Positions 48,981 through 61,699 of a stretch of DNA of 64,000 bases are shown piece by piece; positions within the stretch are counted from its first letter, which is position 1, and the number at the start of each line of letters is the position of its first letter. Source of the stretch: Azolla caroliniana (taxonomy: Eukaryota; Plantae; Polypodiophyta). The notes under the pieces were generated by a model, which was not told the DNA's origin, did no database searches, and worked only from the letters and a program-made list of their open reading frames with translations. A program made the position numbers and the translations under genes. The stretch spans positions 17,918,001 through 17,982,000 of the forward strand of contig JBHGNT010000014.1 in NCBI GenBank assembly GCA_043228905.1, in the 5' to 3' direction.

Positions 48981-50515
48981 TTTCCTAATTTTACATTTCT
49001 ATCCTCTGGACAACACAAACTACCCAACCCAAATTGGAACCCTCCTACTAAGTATCCACCATTAGAGTCTACAGTCCATAAACACAATATCTCTCTCTCC
49101 ACAAACCTCCATAATAATATACTACCTAATACCAAAATACCACTACACCTCCAAATAGCACTAACCAGCCTTAGAAAAAACAAACAAATAATCATCCTAC
49201 CAACGGACAAAAACATCGGAGTTTGTGTCCTCGATAAAAAAACATACCTAGATAAAGCCCTAGAACATTTATCCGACATCACTACATATAAAAAGGTTAA
49301 TAGTCTCCCATTAGAAGAACTTGTAAGTCGACTACATGACATAGTCAACCGTAACCTTAATATCTTGTCTCTCATAAAAATACAATTTATCCTACACAAA
49401 CCGCCTAAAGGTTACTCAGTACCTAATATGTACTTCCTACCAAAAGTACATAAAACCCCCGTTAGCTATAGACCAATTTGCTCATATAATGGTTCATTAT
49501 TTGAACAAACGTCTAAATGGCTTCACCATCAAGTCCTCCCTATACTTCTATGTCAAAAACAATATCTTAGGGACTCCCATTCCCTTGTCCAAACCTTAGA
49601 ACAACTTATAACACCACCCAATAGCTTCAGTTTTTCTTTTGATGTTGAATCACTCTACCTTAGCATCCCACCAAAACTAGGACTCTTAGCCCTAAAAAAT
49701 CTTATTTCCCCCCACTTTTCGAACCAAAAAACTAATTTGATTTATACCCTTAGTGCCCTCACTTTAGAATACGACTTCCTAAAATTCAACAACCAAATTT
49801 ATCAACAAGTAAAAGGAACATCCATGGGCAGTAATTTTTCCGTTGTTTACGCATGTCTCTTCCTATCATATCTAGAAAATTCCAATCCATCACCCCACCT
49901 TTTCTATTTCACTAGGTATATTAATGATGCCTTTGGCGTTTGGACTGGTACTAAACCCCAACTTTTCGAATACCTAAACTTCTATAGTAGCACTACTCAA
50001 AACTCTATCAAACTAACCATACATACTTCTTACACGAAACTACCCTTTTTAGACTTGTGGATTAACTTAGATAATAATAGATTCACTTTTAATTGCTTTC
50101 AAAAAACACTTAATACATATCAATACATCCCTTATTCCTCCAATCACCCTCTCCATGTTAAAAATAGTTTCATTTTGAATGAATTAAAAAGATTATGGTT
50201 AGAGAAAGCACATCCCCAGGTTATTTAAATATGCAAAAGAAATTCTTTATGAGACTTAGGGCTCAAAGTTATCCCACGAATTTTATTCTAAAGAACTTTA
50301 GAAAACACCCTTACTCCCTTAGACACACTATCCTCTTCAAAGAAAAAACTAAAATAACCACCCCACCCACTATCTTGAAACTTAGATATACTCGTCATAC
50401 CCCCACACTAATAATCAAAGAAATGCTTACTAGCCTACACTCTAATATCCAATTAGATCCCCAACTACAACATATCCCTAAACCCATTATTTGTTGGATA
50501 AAATCTAAAACATAA
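48981..50515 (+). mobile_element. Penelope-like element (PLE) reverse transcriptase, 5'-truncated, one frameshift
   Basis: The frame is open from 48981 with WNPP, IIILPTDKNIGVCVLDK, YFLPKVHKTPVSYRPI, SFDVESLY, YQQVKGTSMGSNFS, RYINDAFGVW (YIDD-like), LPFLDL and YIPYSSNHP; it continues after a frameshift near 50195 as FFMRLRAQSYP. This motif set is characteristic of PLE RTs. Confidence 0.88.
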
Positions 50516-50880
50516 ACATATTTTCTCACCCTTCATTTAATCTATCCCCTTGCCTTGTTCCTCTCACCTTCCCCCTTACTACTATTTACTAGTCACACAC
50601 ATCTCCTTTTTCCCATTCCCTCCTATCTATACCCCCCTATCATTCCCTTATATTTCACTAAAATCTATATTTGTCTCTCTCTCTTTGTCTCTCTCTCCCT
50701 TTTTTCTCCCTTCTCCCTTCCCCCTCCCCTATACCTCTCACTACCTTTTTATACACTCTCTCTCCTCCCTCGCTTCCCTCAAATCTTCTCCCCACCACCT
50801 CTTACTAACTTCTTTTTTCTTTTCCTTCCTTTCCCTTCTTATTCCCTTTATTTTCACCTTCTCACCATCTTCTTCTTCTT
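50516..50880. repeat. CT-rich low-complexity tract downstream of the PLE RT
   Basis: Pyrimidine-rich sequence almost free of G; possibly the PLE 3' region. Confidence 0.75.
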
Positions 50881-51742
50881 CTTTTTTTTTCCAAAATGAA
50901 GCTACTTTCCCATTAGTTAGGAAGGATTATTACATAGAGAGTCTACAAGAAGACGTATACACACATCGGGGAGTCTTCCTCCGATCAAGTAAAAGAAGAT
51001 GAGCCTACTTACAATGCCTTGCGGCCTAACTTAATGTAAGAAGCTACCTATATTTAAGGCGATGCCCTTCAATGTTGCCTTGTACGAGTCGGCTCTTGGG
51101 GCCTACAACGAAGAGAGGGTGGCAGGTTAGTAGGAAACAACCAGCGTGGGGGCTGGTAATTCCACCTCGGGCCACTCCCGCCTTGCATCACCATAGGTGT
51201 GTTCCTCCATTTCTGCCAAAAGCGCAATTGGGCAGAGATCACGTCGTTGGAGTGGTTGCAAATCTCTTCCAATTTCCCTCGTAGGCAGCTGATAATTGCG
51301 AACCATATGTCCATGATCACTTCCTCCGGGGGCCATACCGTACCTTGGAAAACCTTGAGGCAACGCGTTTTCCATATGTACCACAAGGTGAAACCTGCGA
51401 TCAACATCCAGATTTTTGGAAACCTAGGGGATGCGGGCTGCAAGCCTCTTTCAAAACGGATCTTGACGATTTTGCCTCTCGTGCATACATATCACCAACT
51501 ATCCGCATTGACGGTGTCCGTTCACCCTTCGACCGAGTGACCAATCCATGCCGCAACGCTCCACGAGGCTGTTCCTTCAATTTCACATGCCGCAAGGAGG
51601 CGAGTCACTCTATCCCAGATCTTTTGAGCTTGAGGGCAATCCCACAGACAATGTCTCAGAGTCTCAATAGGTCGAGAGCATAGTGGGCAGCCTAACGGGC
51701 CGCCGCATTTATCTAGCCATTCGCCAACGGGCACCACATTAT

Positions 51743-54700
51743 TGATAGAAATTGACGCTTTCCAAACCTTCACCTCTCGGCCACAACCGAGGAAACACGA
51801 ATCAATGCAACAGAAACTAAAACACAGAGAGAGACTCGAATGCACAGAGTTTAGCGTGGAAAACCCTAGACGAAAAAAAAACCACGGGAGTGCAAGACTC
51901 CAACTATCACTATACGCAGGGAATGTACAATGGCGAGCTGCAAGGCGACGACCTTGAGCTCGCTATCCTCGCCACAGGCAGCGGTATTACACAGAGGCGT
52001 CGACCTCTTCCTTTCTCTCTCTCTGCTGCTCTCACTTCGCTCCCTCTCAGTGGAAAACAGAAAAATGAGCAACAACTAACAAAACTGTTTGCCCTAAGTC
52101 ATATTTATACACATATGACTTTCGGGCTATTTACAAATATAGCCTCAAGGGCCCTTGGCAAACATATTCACAAATAAGTCCCCGCATCCGGATCTCTCTC
52201 CGGGTACATTCGTCATCCGGCTCCGTAGCCGGGGTCTTCATCATCCGGATCCGGAACCGGGTCTTCATCATCCGGCTCCGATACCGGGTACTCCTCATTC
52301 GGGTCTTCATTCCCGATTCCCGGACATCCGACCATCCCATCCGGAGGGACCGTAATCCCAACAAACTCCCCCTTCACTTCGGCATGGGATGTCTTTCCAG
52401 TCCGACCCTCTTCCGGCACGCTTCCAGCTTGTCGGGTGTGAGCACTTTGGTCAGCATATCTGACCCGTTCTCGTCCGTGTGGATCTTCGTCAGCACGAAC
52501 TCCTGGTCTTCTATCCTTTCCCGGATCCAGTGATATCTTCACTGGATGTGCTTCGTCCGGGAGTGATAGGCCGCGTTCTTCGCAAGGTGGATGGCACTCT
52601 GACTGTCGCAGTAGAGTCGGTACTCCTCCTGCCGGATACCGAGCTCTCTAATGAAGTCCTTCATCCATATTATTTCCTTGCCGGCTTCAACAGCCGCCAT
52701 GTACTCCGCCTCCGTGGTTGACAACGCAACCGTCTTCTGCAGCCTCGACTGCCACGAAACAGCTCCCCCTGCATACGTCATCACATACCCTGATGTGGAC
52801 CGGCTGGTATCTGCGTCAGCCGACATATCCGAATCGGTAAAGCCGTCGAGTTCGGGCTTACCGGAGCCGAATCGGAGGCACACGTTTGCCGTGCCCTTCA
52901 GGTATCGGAGTATCCACTTGGCCGCGTTCCAGTGCTCTTTGCCGGGATTGCTCATGTACCGGCTTACCACTCCAACTGCATATCCTATGTCCGGTCTTGT
53001 ACACACCATTGCGTACATCAAGCTTCCGACGGCAGAGGCATATGGTACTTTCATCATGTCCTCCTTCTCAGCCTTTGTCTTGGGGCTTTGCTTGCTGGAC
53101 AACTTGCAGTTTGCCGGGAGGGTTGACCCGACCGGTCTTGCTTCCAACATGTTGAACCGGTGAAGCACCTTTGTCACGTACTTCTCCTGTGACAGCCACA
53201 ACTGCTTCTTCTTCCGGTCCCGGATGATGTGCATCCCTAGTATTTGCCTCGCCGGACCCAGGTCCTTCATTGAGAAGGTTCGGTGAAGCGCTTTCTTCAG
53301 CATCCGTATCTTGACCTGGTCCCGTCCGACGATCAACATGTCATCCACGTACAGGAGGAGTATTAGAAAGTCTCCTCCTTCGAACTTCTTCACAAACACG
53401 CAGTGATCAGACTGCGTTTTGTGGTACCCTTCGTCGGTCATGAAGGAGTCGAACTTCCGTTACCACTGCCGGGGAGCCTGCTTCAATCCGTAAAGGCTCT
53501 TCTTCAACCGGCATACCAGATGCTCCTTCCCTTTCTTCTCGAATCCTTCCGGTTGCTGCATGTAGATCTCTTCTTCGAGGTCACCGTGAAGGAATGCCGT
53601 CTTCACGTCCATCTGTTCTACCTCAAGGTCCATGCTTGCCGCTACGCTCAGCACCGTCCGGATGGAGGTCATCTTCACTACCGGGGCAAATATCTCGTCG
53701 AAGTCGACGCCCTTCTTCTGCTGGAACCCCTTCACCACGATCCTGGCTTTGTATCTCGGGGGGTTTCCGGCATCTCCCGGTTTCAGCTTGAACACCCACT
53801 TGTTTCGAAGTGCCCGCTTTCCTTTCGGCAACTCCACAAGTTCATATGTGTGGTTCTCATGCAGGGAATCCATCTCCTCCTGCATGGCACATAACCACCT
53901 GCGGCTATGGGTGTCAAGCTTTGCTTCTTCAAAACTCTCCGGCTCCCCCTCGTCGGTTAGCAGCACGTGCTCTGGTTCCGGAAATCTCCGGGGGGGCCTT
54001 CTCTCTCTTAGAGGATATCTCCGTTCCGGAGCTTCGGTAACCGGCTCCTCCGTTTCCTCTTCATCCGAATCCATTTCGGGATCGGGGCCGGTTCCGGTAT
54101 CAGTTTCATCTTCCTCGGCCGGTTCTGTTTCTTCACCGTCTTCGGCCGGATCCTCGAGTGCTAACCGGTCCCTTGCCGGTCGGGACTGCTCCTCGTAGAG
54201 TTGATCCTCACCGGTCGACTTGGAGCTCTTCATCTTCTTCTCCGACTCCCAGTCGGCGAGTGTTTTGTCCTCCATGAAGATGATATCACGACTCCGGAAT
54301 ATCTTTTTGTCGACCGGGTCCCATACTCGGTAGCCGAACTCGTCATCGCCGTAACCGAGGAATATGCATGGCCGGGTCTTTGGATCTAGCTTTCCTCTCC
54401 GGTCCTTTGCCACATGTACATATGCGAGACACCCGAACACCTTCAGATGCCGGTAGGATACTTCCCTACCGGTCCACACTCTCTGCGGCGTGTCTCCGTC
54501 CAAAGGTACAGAGGGTGATCTGTTTATCACGTATGTCTCCGTCGACATTGCCTCAGCCCAAAACCCCTTGGGTAATTTCGCATGCGCCAGCATACTCCGG
54601 ACCCTCTCCATTATGGTCCGGTTCATCCTCTCGGCCAGCCCGTTCAGTTCCGGCGTCTTCGGCACAGTAAACTCGAGCCGGATTCCCTTCGAGCGACAAT

Positions 54701-57061
54701 ACTCCTCGAACTGCCCCCGGTATTCCCCTCCGTTATCCGCTCGTATCGCTTTCAGCTTCTTGCCGGATTCCCTTTCCACTCTTGCGTGGAGTTCTTTGAA
54801 GACGCACAACACTTGGTCCTTTGTCTTCAACGGTACCGTCCACAGCTTCCGGCTGTGGTCATCAATGAATGTCACGAAGTACTGGGCTCCGCCATGTGAC
54901 TTCGTTTCTACTTGGCACACGTCAGTGTGCACCAACTCCAATGGTGCGCCACGTCTCGTCGGTGGCCTTGAGTGGAAAGAGGTTCGGTTCTGCTTACCGG
55001 CCAGGCAATCGGTGCACTTCTCCAGGTGCACATGCTTCACTGGAATAAGGTTGTCTTCTGCAAGCCTCTTCATCCCCTTCTCACTCATGTGGCACAGTCT
55101 CTTGTGCCACAGCTCACCGGCAGTGTCGGCTGCCACGTTCAACTCCTCCGGACACAACCAGGCATTCATAAGGTACAGTGTGTTGACTTTCCGGGCCCGA
55201 GCCACTATCAGGCTCCCCTTGCTGAACTTCATTACGCCGTTCCGGATGCTACCTGTGTAGCCTTCATCGTCTAGCCTCCCGGCCGAAATCAGGTTCAATC
55301 GAACCTCCGGAACGTGTCGGACATCCTTCAGCAACATTTTGCCTCCGGTCGAGGTTGTCAACCACACGTCTCCTATGCCGGCAATCCGGCACGTACCTTC
55401 ATTTCCCATCCGAACACAGCCATGCTCACCGGCTGCGTAGGATGAGAAGTATCTTCTTTCCGGGGTCAGGTGGAACGACGCTCCGGAATCGACCACCCAG
55501 GTAGTCTCATCGCCGGCAATGTTTAGTTCACCTTCTTCGGTGATGAGCATGATCTCCTCTTCACTTGCCGCGAGTGCCGTCGTTCCTTTCCGGTCCTGCT
55601 CTCGCCGATCCGAACCATTTCGGTCCGTGGCTCCCCGGTAAGCACCGTTCCGTTCCGGAGACTTCTTCGAATCGGTTTCGTCGGCTCCGTTGTCTTTTCG
55701 GTAATGCCGACAATTCTTTCGGAAATGCCCCGGCTTCCCACAGTGGAAGCATGTGGGCCTTCCTCTTGACTGCGACCGGGTCCCCGACTTCTCCCGTCTT
55801 TGCGGACTCCGGTTCCGTTGTCTTCTCCGTTCAAAATGCTTGTCTTTACCGTTTGTAGGGACAAGTTATCTTCGGTGCAGGAGGTGCTGAGAGTCACCAC
55901 CAAGTTCTCCCAGCTTTCCGGCAATGTACACATCAGGATGATGGCTTGCATTGCATCCTCCAACGGGAACTTGATCGCCGCAAGCTGGTTCACGAATCCC
56001 ATGAACGTGCTTACGTGTTCCACCATACTCTCGCCGTCCCGGTACTTGAGGTTCACTATCTTCCTCATCAGGGAGGTCCGGTTCAACGCATTCTTCCTCT
56101 CGTAGAGGCCCGACAGCTTCTGCCACATCTCATATGCGTTGGTGTCGTTCGCCACATGTTGTAGAACGCTCACGTCGACGTATTGCCGAATGGTTGCAAC
56201 GGCTTTCCGGTTCAGAAGCCTCCATTCCGTCTCAAGTACCCCCTTGGGTATTTCCGGCCTGTCGATCGGTTCATACAGGTCCCGAACAATGAGCAGATCC
56301 TCCATCTTTATCTTCCAGTCGGCGTAGTTCTGCGCATTCAGCACCATCATCCCCGGCTGCCCGCTGCTACCGCCTTCCATTTTCTGCACTGCAGTCGCTC
56401 TGATACCAGATTGATAGAAATTGACGCTTTCCAAACCTTCACCTCTCGGCCACAACCGAGGAAACACGAATCAATGCAGCAGAAACTAAAACACAGAGAG
56501 AGACTCGAATGCACAGAGTTTAGCGTGGAAAACCCTAGACGAAAAAAAAAACCACGGGAGTGCAAGACTCCAACTATCACTATACGCAGGGAATGTACAA
56601 TGGCGAGCTGCAAGGCGACGACCTTGAGCTTGCTGTCCTCGCCACAGGCAGCGGTATTACACAGAGGCGTCGACCTCTTCCTTTCTCTCTCTCTGCTGCT
56701 CTCACTTCGCTCCCTCTCAGTGGAAAACAGAAAAATGAGCAACAACTAACAAAACTGTTTGCCCTAAGTCATATTTATACACATATGACTTTCGGGCTAT
56801 TTACAAATATAGCCTCAAGGGCCCTTGGCAAACATATTCACAAATAAGTCCCCGCATCCGGATCTCTCTCCGGGTACATTCGTCATCCGGCTCCGTAGTC
56901 GGGGTCTTCATCATCTGGCTCCGTAGCCGGGGTCTTCATCATCCGGATCCGGAACCGGGTCTTCATCATCCGGCTCCGATACCGGGTACTCCTCATTCGG
57001 GTCTTCATTCCCGATTCCCGGACATCCGACCATCCCATCCGGAGGGACCGTAATCCCAACA
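51743..57061 (-). mobile_element. Copia-3: full-length sister of Copia-1
   Basis: 5' LTR 56412-57061, 3' LTR 51743-52363; TSD ATTAT (51738-51742 and 57062-57066); iMet PBS 56408-56397; PPT 52366-52375; internal region nearly identical to Copia-1. Confidence 0.97.
52374..56380 (-). pseudogene. Copia-3 gag-pol pseudogene
   Basis: 67-bp frameshifting deletion near 55828 (internal region 4048 bp vs 4115 bp in Copia-1); premature stops at 53460 (TAC>TAA) and 52539 (CGA>TGA). Confidence 0.93.
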
Positions 57062-60000
57062 ATTATGACCGATCTGCCACCAAAAGAGCTTGATCTTTTC
57101 AGGCATGTAGAGACGCCAGAGACCTTTCCAAAAGGTAATGAGCGCCTCATCGGGGATGCCCAATGTTCGCCAACCATTGCGAAGGGGGCTGCCTAGCTGC
57201 AGCTACAAAGTCCGACCCAATTTAGTGGTGTAATTGAAGAAGTGCTGGACTCTATCATCATTTTTCCATTTGAAATCCCCTGGGTCCCAATCCAGACCGA
57301 CAAGGGGGCGACAACCATATACCCTTAACCTCCAATGGGGTTCCACCTTAGCAACATCCGAATCTGTCTTCCAGATGTTGTCAACCTGTGCCACCACTCG
57401 GATTGGGTGCCAAGAGCCCTTGCTCTGATTGTCCCCAAAAACTGTATCTCTCCTCGATCCGCTCACACCCTTTAGCGACTTGACCATTCCAACCTCGTCA
57501 AAGAGACCGAACCATGCAGGTTCTCTCGCCTCCCCCATCGGAACCTTGTCAACTGCCTCAGCTATCAGTCTCCGCATTTTCGTAGCTCCCTTGAGGGGAG
57601 GGAAAAGGTTCTCTTGGGCTCTTCTTGAAATAGCCATGCGTCTCCAATCGTCTATAGATAGGAGGCCTGTTTGTGCCAGCTTTCCCCATGCTAGGCCCTT
57701 AAGTTGCCCTAGCATTGTGTCGTCACTTGTTCGCACATGAGGATTCCAGAATAGTGGCTCTCTAGTCCATTCGGTCAATTTCTCCGGGGTGTGTTTGACC
57801 AAATGTTGTCGTAGATGACACCATGCCCGAAAGATGGAGTTCGCGACCCTGTCCTCCGGATGGCAAGCTAGCTTGGGTGGGACTCCGCTCGTGCAGCACC
57901 AATTCAAGGAGTCGGGCCAAGGCCTACCATACTTGGGAGTCCCTGCTTACAACCTGTTGCGAAGTAGTACCTTCCAGCACCCCTTACCTGGCAAGAGGTA
58001 GCGAACCACCATTTTAGCCAGCAATGAACGACTTTGCATTAAGGGGTCTATGAGGCCAAACCCCCCTTTGGCCTGCGGTTGCGTTAACCAACACCATGAC
58101 ACTCTGGCAGCAGCCCTTGGGTTGTCCTTACTTGACCATATAAACCCCCTGATGGCAGCCTTAATCGCGTGCAGACCTGCAGGGTCCATAATCCAGCAGG
58201 AGACTGAGTGCCACATGGTAGCGAGCAACACTTGGTTCGCAACAAGGACCCTACCAGCAAAGGATAGTTTAGCTCTACTCCATTGGGTCAACTTCCTGTT
58301 TATTTTGGCTTGTACGTGGGCCAATTGCGCTCCCTTGGGGATTGACCTCCCCATCGTAAATCCAAGGTACTTGAACGTTGTCCCATCAGGGACCCACATA
58401 AAATCGGCATAGGGTTGCCATCTTGGTTTCTCTTGTTCGCTGAACCATAGGCCTTGGGTTTTATTCCAATTGATCTTAGCACTAGCCGCCTGACAAAAGT
58501 CCTCGACAAGATGTTCAGCCCGCTGCAGATTCTCCTCATCACCTTCCAAGAAAAGAACCGTATCATCGGCATATTCAGATAACAACAAATCTTCAGTCGC
58601 ATTAGGGATGGGCAATCCCCACAGCCCGCTGGTTGGTGCTTGTAAGTAGGCGGAGAAAGCCTCGGTTACAAAGAGATAGAGATATGGGGCTAGGGGACAA
58701 CCTTGCCTCACTGAGCGTTGTAGTTGGAAGGCGGGTCCCCTAGAACCAGCCAACAGCACGCTACTCGTAGCTATCCGATAGAATGCACAAGTGCAATTCC
58801 TCCATTTTTGAGGTAGGCCCAAAGCTCACATCACATTTTCCAAAAAGGGCCATAACACCCAGTCATAGGCCTTCTCGAAGTCTAACATCAGAATAGTCGA
58901 GCTCGATACAGAGCGGTCGGCCAATGCCATAACTTCCCAAAGAAGCACCACATTATCAAAGATACACCTGTTCTTGACAAATCCAGTTTGATTGTCATGT
59001 ATGATGTCCGGTAAGAAGCTTGCTAACCGTCGAGCTAGGACTTTAGCGAGTATCTTGTATGCCGTGTTAAGGATCGTGATTGGACGCCACTGGCGCAACT
59101 CTAGGCTTCGCTCTGACGCTTTGGGGATGAGATATATCATACCCTCAGCCAAACCAATTGGCATCTTTCCTGAGGACCAAATCTCTTGAACTCCAGCTTC
59201 CAAAGATGGGATGACACATTCCCAATGAATCTCGAAGAAATCTCGTGAGAGACCATCGAGGCCGGGGCATGCACCCCTTCGCAATCCCCTAAGCGCCTCC
59301 GAGAGTTCTAAACGAGAGATGGGGCTATCGAGCACAACTTCCATCGCCTGGGTTACCTTGGGGTGAATGCAAGACATCACTCGATCAACCAGCTCTGTGT
59401 GTTGCCTCACTTGCATAGGTGCGAGGAGGTCACGATAGTATTGTGTTGCCATTTCCAGAATCTCAGTCTTGTCCTCCGTTATCGAGATGTTTGGTTTTCG
59501 CAACCCTTGTATACGTCCACCACCACCCTTGGGTGCCTTGTAGTGAAAGAAATGTTGGTTGAACTTGTCGTCTTTTCTAGCCCACCATGCTGCATTTCTT
59601 CGAAACAACATTCGGTTCTTCTCCAAAGTCCTTTCATGTACCTTCATCTTTGCTTCCTCCAGCTTAGCTCTAGACCAAGTGCAACCAGGGTCTACTTGTA
59701 GTAGCCGTTGCGCTGCCGCAACGACCTTCCTTAATTTTGTTTCAATGGCTCTAACCTGCTGGAGGGCGCGCTTGGTCTCCTGTTGTGAGGAGGAGAGGGC
59801 CAATTTTTTTTGCAAATCTTCGCTGGCTGATTCACTGCCCATGGTGTGCTGCCATATACTTTGTAAACCAGCCTTCACCTCTTCACTCTTCATGATCTTT
59901 GTGGGGATCTTCACATTGAGACTGCCCTTGCTATCGTTGGGTTGGTTAAGGTCTAGTCTCACCGGTTGATGATCTGAAAAGGTAAGACCTGCCAAAATAA

Positions 60001-61699
60001 CAAAGGCGCCCCCAAGCTCTTCAAGGGATGAGCTGATGTATATGCGATCTAGCCGTGGAAGACTACCGCCCCTAGCATTCCCAACGGCTTTGGAAAAGTG
60101 TAGCAAATCTGAGCTTCTCCTAAGGGAAGAGCCCCATGTATCCTTCACCCCGATTTTGCCAATTAGGAAAGCCCATGAATCTAGCTCTGCACCATAAATA
60201 GGCCTCTGGGTCCCTCCTTTCCTATCTCCCAGGTGTTCAGTCATGTTGAAATCACCTGCCATTACCCAAGCCTCGGCATCAGGTAATGTTGTCGCTAACA
60301 TCCTCCAAAAGATTGCTCTCTCGGGGGCTGAGTTTGGGGCATAAATGTTTAGCACCCAAACCTATAGGTGATTCCATTTCAGAAGCACGTATAAGGCTCG
60401 ACCCTCCACCAGTGTGCTAGATGATGTTACTTCGTATCAGGCCTAATCGCTGATCGAGATGCAGACCCCTCCTCTTCGGTGGAGGTCACCCTGTGCAGCT
60501 AACCACCATGTGGTCCACCCACCCAACAAGGGGTTTACTAAGCTCTGAGTTCGCTCTTGCGAGAGGTGGTGTTCCTGCAAAAGCAATATGTCAATATAGC
60601 CCCCTATATTAAGGGGATTCAGCTCCTCCTAAAGTCTTCTACACTCTTGGTGTTGTCGGCCTCCACCAAGGCCCTGTACATTCCACGTTAGGATCCTCAT
60701 CCGAAAGCGGTGATGCTGACGCCCATGTTCGGGCTGATCCCCATGTTATGGGGCAACCTAACACCTATTTCGGGGGGTATGGTCTCCACAGCAGGCTGCA
60801 AATCCCCTGTGGGATTCTCAGCCGGTCGTTCCCGACCCACGTCAAATAGATCCCGCGATACATTTGTGCTCCGAAGAGGTGGCACCTCTTGCATCCCTCT
60901 ATCTAAGAGAGTCGTCGCCAAACCAGGTGTTGGTCGGCCTATCTTACCCTTTCCCTTGTCCTTGAGCTTGCCCGTCCGGATCCACGATTTCACTAATCTG
61001 AGGCCACTACCACATTCACATTCTAGCGGGAGGGGGGCCTTTGCCAAGTTCTCTTCCGGGGTGGACGGTACGAGGTGGGGTTGCATCTCCATCGGGGTAG
61101 AGAACACAAGTTCAGGCTCTCGTGGGGGAAGGCATGAGGAGTCGCATGGGGACAACATTGTTGCCAACGCTTCTGGGTCGCCATCCCCTAACCCTTGAAG
61201 AGGTGTAAATCTGTTGGTAGCTCTCACCTGTAGGTCGGGTGCATCAGCACTCCCGGAGAGGATCTTTACCTATTTCAAGGGTTTCTCATCCACGCTTGCT
61301 GGTGACAAGGTAGCGGGACTACTTTCAAAGGGGTGGTCACGAAAAAGGGTGGAAGGTGATGCACCTAGGCCTCCAAGTTTCCCCTTCTTCTTAACGGGTA
61401 TCCAAGGAGCCTTGTCACCCTTGGTTGGCCCGACTTTGCCCGAGGGTCGAGGTGCCGAGCTTCCCTTTCCAGTCTTGCGAGGACACGCCTTAGCTAGGTG
61501 TCCTGTCTGTTTGCAAATGAAACACTGCCCCGGGAGTCCCTCGTAAACCACTTTCACCACTGTGAGACCTAGCTCCTCAGAGTAGAGTCTAATCCTTGCT
61601 GGAAGTCCATGGAGGGAAGGCACCAAGATGCGCAACTTGGGCACCTCCGCAACTGTGTCTGCCATTGACACTTTTTGAGGACATATCATCCCTATTTGT

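Larger units (their letters stand above)
50882..61690 (-). mobile_element. L1-clade LINE (ORF1 plus APE-RT ORF2), degenerate, interrupted by Copia-3
   Basis: ORF1 knuckle CFICKQTGHLAKAC; ORF2 starts MRILTWNVQGLG at 60700 with APE LNIYAPN, GDFN, RLDRIY, SDH; RT PGLDG, WRPITILN, LDFEKAYD, VRQGCPLAP, YADD, FKYLG; C-terminal CPLC..ETLRHCLWDC. WQIGHN|VVPVGEW rejoins across Copia-3. A-run (T-run on +) at ~50882-50890. Confidence 0.92.
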
